Below, piece after piece: positions 1 to 7,916 of a stretch of DNA of 14,818 bases. Source of the DNA: Azolla caroliniana (Eukaryota; Plantae; Polypodiophyta); contig JBHGNT010000835.1 of the NCBI GenBank assembly GCA_043228905.1, positions 1 to 14,818 on the forward strand, given 5' to 3'. Each line of letters starts with the position of its first letter. The first letter of the stretch is position 1. A model generated the notes under the pieces. It did not search any database, was not told the origin of the DNA, and saw only the letters and a program-made list of their open reading frames with translations. The translations under genes were made by a program, and so were the position numbers.

Positions 1-3000
1 GTTGTGGTACTCCATGGAGACAATGAAATAAGAACCTATTTCTTGTACTCTAATTGTACCATGGGCCCTTCATCTCACTCACCCTCTCTTAAAGAGAATG
101 CATCACCATCTCTTCAATTATTGTAGTCATGTATACATGCATGATCGAGTCCACATTGTCCACAATTTGTCATTGAATAACTAGGACAAGCTAATGTAAA
201 AATTTGGTATTGCTTTTACATTTGATAGATGATTGAAACCACATGCAACATATGATGTCCGAAAAACCATCTACATTTTCTGTCTTTTATCATTTATTCT
301 GAAGGTGTGGTAAGGTCAACATACATTGGAGACCGTGACAACTTGTATCTGTGATGCATCAAACACTAATTTGTCCTGACTTATGGGTTTTTTTATGCAT
401 GTGAAAGGTTGCGCCGATGTTTTCTCTCTCTTACATTCTACATGTGCATTTGAGTGGCAAGATTCTACCAAGTGCTTTCACAAGGAGATTGAATGGATAA
501 CCACTCCTCGACAGTTCTTCGAGTTAAATACAACAACTTTTTATAAATAGTTGGTTATTTTTGTAGAATTTGTTGAGCTTTCTTATTAGGATTCTTGCCG
601 ATTTCATTGCTACTTACAATTAACTCTTTTCTTCTGACCCCATAAATTTTGAAATATACAAGTGAATTTACTTCTAGTGTTGTATGGACCACATTTTTAG
701 TTATGATGCTTGAATCTCCGGTACATAATAAAATAAATTGTTTGTTTCTCTTGACATCAAGTGATTTATCTATTTGTAAATGTACACATTCGCGTTTCCA
801 TATCCACAAATACCATGTACATATATATGTATGAGTATGTGTACACAAACACATCCACACATTATCAATTTCCTCGAAGGTCGAATGTGACCTACGGGCC
901 AAAAAGGCATGAGAGGGATCATGACGATACAAGAAAACTGTGATATGCTTCTACAATAGTAAGGATCGCGTGGTAAGGCAAATCCTCTAAGGTGTAGCAA
1001 ACTAAGTGATATAAGCATACATTTGCAAAAAGAGATAGAGATAGAGAGATTGGATATATGTGAGGGAAGATGAGAAGTATATGCGTGAAGACCTCTCTAC
1101 TTACTACAAGTGGGGCTTTTTAGTGCCATTATCTAACATTAAATTTGTCATTATTGCTCCAACACACCCATTGTCTATGTATATGACGCTCATAGTTTTC
1201 ATGTGCAAACCCAACATAATAAAAAAATACACATTTTGTTTTTCTTTTTTTGGCATGGTCATAGGGAAGCAAGAAGCCGTTGTGAGTTCTATTCCTTTTT
1301 ATCCTTCTCTCGATGTCCATGCAAGAAAATTTGTTTATGAGTATGAAAGTAGATGTAATAATATATGTGTATTGATTGGATTAGGCCTTCTGAATCATTA
1401 AATGGACCATTCTCGCATTAAGCGTTAGTATTACATGTAGAATACTATGTACTCAATGGAGTTTTAGAGGCATTCTGGTTTTTAAATTAACCGTCAAGCA
1501 AACCTTGTTCTTGAACCTACAACGACTAAGTATCACTTGTTGGTTTCATCAAAACCATCTCACCTTTCAATATCTTCATCTCTCTAGCTCTATTGTCGAA
1601 GTTTTCATTCAACCATCAACAATCCAACCCCTACACATTTTTCTCTCACATCAAAATGTTCATAAAATTCTTGAATGTTGGGAGTCGTTGCTCAACTCCA
1701 AACATACCACATTAAAACATTTCGTTTTTAGTCCAATATGTAATATTTTGACCTCCAATGATAATAAAATATACAAGTCTATTATCTCCTCAATCCTTCA
1801 TCGTAGGAACATGATGGCGTTATTATTACATTTTCCGTATTAATTTGTCATTTTCCGGTTTTCTAGCCTTTCTTCTTCAATCATTCAGACACTTGTAATA
1901 GTACACATTTCAACCTACATCACATTAAATACAGGCTTGGCTTGTGGTGTCACACAACTTCATGTTGACTTTTCAAATACTTCGTTGCAAAACACTCGTT
2001 CACTTATTACATTGCCCTCAATGCATGCACAAAGTAAATCCATCATTGTTTACATACATCTCCCTTTTTGGTAAAAAATGCATTGTAGTCTCTTGTCAAA
2101 CAACAACCATTGACATAAGTAAATAAACCAGGGCAACGATCTTTTGAAGCATAAGATCTCACTAGTCTAATTTCATGGCACTAAAGATGTCTCAAGGTGT
2201 GGACACAATTGAGCAAATTATGCATTGCATAACATGCATTTTGACAAGAAAGGTTTGTTAAGGTGCTCAAGTAAAACTCCAACCTGAAAATGGATTGGGA
2301 AATGAGAACCTCAAAGGACTACTTCATATTGGAGGTCCCATATCTTTTCCTAGTGTTTTGATAAATCATGGGTTTTTATAGGTGTTACACTTAAGCTTCA
2401 ACTCATGGAGTGTGTAATCCTCTCGTATGCCATAGTAAATATAAGCAAGGGCAAATGTGGATGCAAAGTGCCTAAGTACAAGCATGTCAAAATAGGGAAT
2501 ATATTTGCTCTCGCATAAGCTTAATCTCCTTGTTAGAATCCTTATATGATCTCTTGACTAGAATTATGAAGAGTTTTCAAATATTTTCAGCATCAAATTG
2601 ATTGTTCGAGTCTTCAAGGGACAATCTTAATTGTCCAAAGCATGTGTATTAACCCTACTACATAATTCTTACACACATATTCATGTTGAATGACATCAAT
2701 TTTTTTTTACATGAGGTTATACTTTCACATATAATGCCCAATTTAATTCTCGTTTGTTGTCAACACTATTGCTGCAAGTGACCCTTTGCCACTCTACAGG
2801 TTTGCAAATCTCGTGTATGGGTAACCCCATGACCTTAGTGTATTTTAACACCAAATAAGACTTAATGCTAACCAAGGGTTTGACCACCTTCTTAGGTCTT
2901 CACACTTTACTAGTCATTTCAAAATGATAGCAACAATTACACAATTTCACTAAGATTTACTTGTCATTGAGAGGTCTTACAATCACGAGTGAATGCAACC

Positions 3001-3452
3001 AATTTAGTTTCGTAACATTGTGAGCAACATCATAACAATGATCAACTCCAAGTATAAATGTAGCTTCATTCTTATAACTAAATAAAAATAATGAATCACA
3101 AAACCAACATGGAAGATAATAATGATGGCCTTGGTCATGACAAAATTAATAAAGCATTTACTAATTTTGTTGAGAATGGAACTCAACTTCCTGTGAGTGG
3201 CAACACACTCTAGGATACTCAAATGTATGAACTCCCCACCTCCTTGTATAATAACTAGTGTGTCATAGAAGTTAAGTCCTATGACACATATTCCTTAGGT
3301 AGTTAAGACACGACCTCTTTCCCAAGAGGTTGTATTGGTGAGAGAACTTAGAAAGAAGGTGACTACATAAGCACCTTCTCCCTCTCTTTGTAATTGTTGG
3401 TCATTCTTGCTTCCTAGTAATACAGTTTTCTATTTTTTCTGTAATTGTGAGG

Positions 3453-3470
3453 TCTCTCTCTCTCTCTCTC
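3453..3470. repeat. (TC)9 microsatellite
   Basis: Read directly from the sequence. Confidence 0.95.
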
Positions 3471-3515
3471 AAGACGTTAATATATCTTTCTTTCTTTCAC
3501 TCACACACACACTCT

Positions 3516-3520
<5 letters not shown>

Positions 3521-3558
<38 letters not shown>
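3521..3558. repeat. (CA)19 microsatellite
   Basis: Read directly from the sequence; it produces the HTHTHT and CVCVCV artefact ORFs. Confidence 0.95.
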
Positions 3559-3560
<2 letters not shown>

Positions 3561-3577
3561 TCTTCCTCTGCAACCAA

Positions 3578-6500
3578 GAGCAACCCCGAGAACACAACTT
3601 CTATTACCGACAAGACATCTCGAACGCGCGAGGCGGAGCGTCCGGAAGAAGGGGGAGCAATCATGCCGGACCCAGCTGACAAAACAATCTCGCTCAGTGT
3701 GGATACTATGGTAAATTCAGCCACTATGAGGTAGAGTGTTAGAAAAAGAAGAGTGAGTCGGCCTCCACAAGCCGACAACTCACAAACTATGCCTCCAACT
3801 CTGACTATGATAATCGTGGCAGAATGTTTGTGATGAGGCACAGAGCGCACTAGATGACAACCTCAAACCTGGCCAACACCTCCAAACCAGAAGATGTATG
3901 GTTTGTCAACTCGACTGCATCGAACCACATGACATGCCACAAGGATCGGTTCAAGGAGCTACAAAAGCCCGAACGACCCGGCTATGTGGAAACTAGGGAT
4001 GACACAATTCACCCCATATCGACAATGCTCCATTTGGGAAAGACGACAACCAAACATACATCAAGAACGTTTTGCATGTTCCTACAATAACAAAGAACTT
4101 GGTCTTAGTTGGCTAGATAGTCAAACAAGGCATGCAAGTCCGCTTCAACGATGGAGGATGCTTCATCGAAAAAGAAGGTCGACTCATCGCTAGGGGTCGG
4201 AGAGAAGGTCGGATGTTCATCCTCGACTCTCACGAGATGAACTCGACAATGTATGCCAAGGGCCAGAGAGTCAACATGAACATAGAGTTGTGGCACAAGA
4301 GGATAGGCCACATCAATCTCCAAAAGCTCAAGGGAATGCAGTCGAAAGGAGTTGTCACCGGACTCCCGACCTTCACCGAAAAGGAAATTGTAGGCATGTG
4401 CGAAGCTTGTCAATTCGGCAAACAACACCAACAACTGTTCCCAAAGGAGAGGAACACAAGCAAAGGGATCTTGGATGTAATGCATTTAGATGTATGGGGA
4501 CCAGCTCAGACGACAACATTTAGTGGTTGCCGGTACTACATAACGTTCATCGACGACTTCTCTAGACATACATGGATCTACCCCATGCGACAGAAGAGCG
4601 GAGTGTTCGGACACTTCCAAAGGTTCAAAAACAAAGTTGAAAAGGAAACCGGTCGGCATGTCTGATGCCTTCGATCGGACGACGGCAAGGAGTATTTCTC
4701 TGACGCCTTTACAACATATCTTCGACAAAAAGGAATCCGATGGGAGTTTACCTGCCGACACACACCTCAACAGAACGGAGTAGCCGAACGCACATACTCG
4801 AGGTGACAAGGGCAATGATGAACGAGAAACATCTGCCAAAGTCATATTGGGCTAAAGTGGCGAATACAACCGTTTATCTGATGAATCACTGCACAACATC
4901 AAGAGTGCACGAAGTTACCCCCTACGAAAAGTTCTATGGGAAGAAACCAGATCTATCTCATGTCAGGATATTTGGTTCAATTGCATATGTACATATTCCC
5001 GACGACCTGTGGTAGAAGCTCTCAAGTCGGAGAAATGTATACTCGTAGGGTACTCACTCGAGCAAAAAGGGTATAAGTGCTTCAACCCTTCCACCAAGAA
5101 GGTACGAATGAGTAGGGATGTAGTATTCAACGAGTCAACATCTTGGTATACAGTCGAATCAGCCCCATCCGACACAATCGAAACCAAGTTCAACACAGAT
5201 GCAGAGGAGGATGATCGACCAAGGTTCACATAAGAGGAAAGTCCAATCTCAACTAGGTTGAGTGGACCACAAGAGCCTCCAAGCGACCAAAGCACATCGC
5301 GGCCAAGTCCGAAACATGACAAAGGAAAGACCAAAATGCCTGAGTATGAAGACTCAGTTGGAAATGAATCACCTCACTTATCCAACAGTGAGGTTGGTGG
5401 ATTGGATGTGCCCATCATGAGGACACCAGGAGAACCACGTCGATCCACTCGAGAAAAGAACATAGTCAGCCGATTTGGCTACAACGACTACATGGCATAT
5501 CATTATGCATTCATGATGAAGGTGTTGACAGTCTGAGAACCGGAAAACTATTCCGAAGCCGGGAAGGACCCTAGATGGGTCGAAGCGATGAATGAGGAGA
5601 TGCAAACACTCTCTAAGAACGAGACATGGGATCTCGTTCCTTCCTCAAACCACCAAAAGGCAATTGGATGCCGGTGGATCTTCAAGATAAAGCACAACGC
5701 CGATGACATTGTCCATCGGTACAAGGCTCGGCTTGTGGCAAAGGGGTATGCGCAGATGCATGGTGTCAACTACGAAGAGACCTTTGCCCTGGTGGCAAAG
5801 ATGACTACAATTCGAATCGTGATCACGCTTGCAACAGCAAAAGTGTGGCACCTCCACCAAATGGACGTAAAGAACGCCTTTCTACAAGGTGAGTTAGACA
5901 AAGAGGTGTACATGGTGCAACCACCCGGATTCGTGTCGACTACACATCCAACTGCTGTTTGCCGACTCAAAAAGCTTGTATATGGCTTGAAGCCAGCATC
6001 GAGAGCATGACATTTGAAGATAACGCAATATCTTCATCAAATCGGCTTCAACATGTCCAAGTCTGACAACTCTCTGTTCATCCGGAGCGACTCTAGAGGA
6101 CAGGTATTTATCAAGAGCATTTAACGAATATTGAGCACAACAAGAAGCTCCTCTCCAACCGATTCGAAATGACCGATATGAAGGTCCAGACGACATCATG
6201 CTTTCTCAAAAGCACTATACTCTCAATCTTCTGAAATTGAGAAAGCACTATACTCTCAATCTTCTTAACAATTTCAAGATGACACAATGTAAGCCCGTCA
6301 TTACTCCTCTCGATCGAAATCTAAAGCTAGATGCCGACTAAGGCACTAGAGAGTGTGAGCCAACGCATTATCGTCAACTAGTCGGAAGCCTTATCTAGCT
6401 CACAATTACCCGACCCGACTTGAGTTACCCGATCGGCCTCCTTAGCCAGTTCATGCAAACTCTGCGAGATATCCATCTCATCTGTGCTAAGCGAGTGCTT

Positions 6501-6789
6501 AGGTATGTGAGTGGAACCATGGATTTCGACATCCTTTACAAATCGGCCACACTGATACGACACAAAGGTTATATTGATGCCGATTGGGCCAGCTACAGAG
6601 TCGATCACCGATCGACATACGGATTTGTTTTTTCTCTTGACAATGGCGCCATATCGCGGAGTAGTAAGAAACATCTGACAGTTCCACAGTCAAGCACTGA
6701 AGCCAAATACAAGGGCACGATCATAGCCGCATGCGAAGCCATTTGGCTCAAGAGAATCGTGAAGGATCTGGGTGTTCCCATCAAGGATC
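3578..6789 (+). pseudogene. Fragmented Copia gag-pol of element A
   Basis: Decayed knuckle CGYYGKFSHYEVEC (3698-3739). Protease WFVNSTASNHM (DSG motif lost). Integrase WHKRIGH...CEAC and DVWGP...FIDD. RT WDLVP...YKARLVAKGY...[10 protein letters not shown]. RNase H YIDADWA. Stops at 3677, 3740, 3851, 4663, 5231, 5534 and 6008, plus frameshifts. The RT YVDD segment is absent near 6110, and the gag N-terminus is absent. Confidence 0.92.
6209..6265. repeat. 24-bp direct duplication AAAGCACTATACTCTCAATCTTCT with a 9-nt filler
   Basis: Copies at 6209-6232 and 6242-6265, separated by GAAATTGAG. Confidence 0.9.
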
Positions 6790-6805
6790 AGTAATGAAAT
6801 GGAAA

Positions 6806-6859
6806 GACTCGAACCCATGACCTTATGCTACATGGGTCGAGCTCTTGACCATTAGACCA
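6806..6859 (-). promoter_or_regulatory. tRNA-type Pol III internal promoter boxes (tRNA/SINE-like relic) in the Gypsy U3
   Basis: The minus strand reads TGGTCTAATGG (A box, 6859-6849), then 33 nt, then GGTTCGAGTC (B box, 6815-6806). No complete cloverleaf can be drawn. Confidence 0.5.
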
Positions 6860-6920
6860 CAGATTGTAATACGTAAAATATTATTTTCATTTATGTTTTA
6901 TTATAGAAAATTGATGTATA

Positions 6921-6968
6921 TTCCAGATTTCTCTGGAACATTCTAGAAACTTCAGGAGTACTCCTGAG
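6921..6968. promoter_or_regulatory. Heat-shock element (alternating nGAAn) array
   Basis: Perfect four-unit core GAAcaTTCtaGAAacTTC at 6936-6953. In-phase units flank it: TTC, GAT, CTC upstream and GAG, CTC, GAG downstream. Confidence 0.65.
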
Positions 6969-6973
6969 AACAC

Positions 6974-6980
6974 TATGAAA
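6974..6980 (+). promoter_or_regulatory. TATA-like box of the Gypsy LTR (TATGAAA)
   Basis: CTATGAAAGG is one mismatch from CTATAAAAGG, sits just downstream of the HSE array and ~35 nt before the inferred R start. Confidence 0.4.
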
Positions 6981-7082
6981 GGAGGCACAAGGCATTTTTT
7001 TGAACCAATTCGGTTCAACGCCAGTCTTAAGCCTCCTCGCTACTATTGTATACTCTCTTCACATAATATACATCTTTTATAA

Positions 7083-7086
<4 letters not shown>

Positions 7087-7114
<28 letters not shown>
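7087..7114. repeat. (TC)14 microsatellite inside the Gypsy LTR
   Basis: Read directly from the sequence. Confidence 0.95.
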
Positions 7115-7119
<5 letters not shown>

Positions 7120-7210
7120 TTCCTTCTCTTGAGAGTTCTACACCTCTCTTAGTACTAATCCTTATCTTTTAGTACTAATTCCTTCTCTGTCTTAGTACTG
7201 ATCCTGACAG

Positions 7211-7222
7211 TTTGAACCGATT
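7211..7222 (+). other. Candidate non-tRNA (self-priming) PBS of element B
   Basis: Lies just after the LTR end and does not begin with TGG. TTGAACCGA (7212-7220) is the reverse complement of TCGGTTCAA (7010-7018) inside the LTR. Confidence 0.55.
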
Positions 7223-7365
7223 TTCCGTCCTCCTTCCGTCTCCTCCTTTCCTCCTCTTCCTTTTATCTTCTTACATATCCCCTTTTTCCGGTCTTCTTTT
7301 CGGTTTCTCTCATCTTCTTACCCCTTTCTACCTTTCATACTAATCCTCTTATCCTCCCTAGTAAA

Positions 7366-7455
7366 ATGGAAACTGTTAGCACTCAGGAATACCAATCTGT
7401 TTGCTCGGAGCTCCAATGCTTAAAGGAGAAATTTGTAGCACTAGAACAAGAAAAT
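7366..7455 (+). pseudogene. gag: Gypsy gag N-terminal 30 codons (METVSTQEYQSVCSELQCLKEKFVALEQEN)
   Basis: ATG at 7366. Removing element C plus one TSD copy joins it in frame to HRLLGDLQQ... at 13135. Confidence 0.85.
7451..7455. other. Left target-site duplication AAAAT of element C
   Basis: Identical to 13130-13134. Confidence 0.95.
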
Positions 7456-7844
7456 TGTTGAGAGACAAGCTCAACATCGGCCGGATCGGCTGAAGAAGCC
7501 GAGGACCGGATCGGTTGGGACCGATCGGTTAGGCCGAGTGCGTAAACCGGGAGGTCGTTAGGAAATATATTCCGTGAGGAATATATTTGGGAGTTACTGT
7601 AGGGGCTCTTGATGAGCATTGAAGTACTGTCAGTACTTCGGTCAGTCCTTTTAGGACTTGTATAAAAGTGCTCACTGAGCACGTCTTATGTACAGAGATT
7701 GTGTATTATTGTTGAAAAATAGTTTTTTGTGTTTCTCTGTCTGTCTCTCCTGCGTATACTGCGTAAGCCCAAGCTCTCCATTAAACCTGAGTTTCCTCTC
7801 TTCTGTTCGGTCTTCATACTTGCTTCCGCACGTTTCTTTTTACA
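7456..7844 (+). repeat. 5' LTR of element C
   Basis: Direct repeat of 12741-13129. Manual comparison gives 11 substitutions and no indels (~97% identity). Confidence 0.97.
7661..7667 (+). promoter_or_regulatory. TATA box TATAAAA in the LTR of element C (second copy at 12946-12952)
   Basis: Consensus match in the middle of the LTR, identical in both copies. Confidence 0.6.
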
Positions 7845-7856
7845 TGGTATTAGAGC
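7845..7856 (+). other. Primer-binding site (initiator tRNA-Met type)
   Basis: TGGTATTAGAGC abuts the LTR end and differs by one C>T from the canonical plant TGGTATCAGAGC. Confidence 0.9.
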
Positions 7857-7916
7857 GCGAGGGTTGAGAACCTCTTTGCAGCTGTCACAGCTTGACGAAG
7901 AAGAACAAGAAGAACG

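Larger units (their letters stand above)
3168..3558 (+). repeat. Putative 5' LTR of element A (3' boundary uncertain)
   Basis: Starts TGTTGAGA-ATGGAA-CTCAAC, matching the start of element C's LTR (TGTTGAGA-GACAAG-CTCAAC). Contains several short inverted repeats and a TATA-like CTACATAAG (3363-3371). No second copy or PBS is available to confirm it. Confidence 0.55.
3168..6789 (+). mobile_element. Degenerate Ty1/Copia LTR retrotransposon (element A), internally deleted, 3' end not present
   Basis: Domain order is Zn-knuckle, protease, integrase, RT, RNase H (Copia order). Peptides closely resemble element C, e.g. [35 protein letters not shown]. Coding sequence stops at VPIKD, and no PPT or 3' LTR follows. 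Confidence 0.9.
6784..7209 (+). repeat. 5' LTR of Gypsy element B (first ~4 nt missing)
   Basis: AGGATCAGTA (6784-6793) is the exact reverse complement of TACTGATCCT (7196-7205), which is followed by GACA ending at 7209. This implies termini TGTCAGGATCAGTA...TACTGATCCTGACA. The region lies upstream of the gag ATG at 7366. The 3' LTR is outside the window. Confidence 0.7.

Noticed and set aside
555-3222. Short ORFs of 60-125 aa in the AT-rich region
   Set aside because: No recognisable motifs, low-complexity composition and many non-ATG starts. An old TE relic or small exons cannot be excluded without a translated search.
3407-3850. ORFs containing HTHTHT or CVCVCV runs
   Set aside because: These are translations of the (CA)19 microsatellite joined to decayed gag.
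6800-6870. Functional tRNA gene on the minus strand
   Set aside because: A and B boxes are present, but acceptor, anticodon and T stems do not pair properly, so it is kept only as a tRNA-like promoter relic.
6865-7073. Alternative Gypsy LTR bounded by TGTAAT...ATACA
   Set aside because: Terminal complementarity is weak compared with the 10-bp match between 6784-6793 and 7196-7205, and it yields no PBS candidate.
7149-7682. CRISPR-like array suggested by spaced palindromes
   Set aside because: The palindromes differ from each other or are too short, there is no constant repeat-spacer period, no cas-like ORF is present, and the context is a eukaryotic LTR.
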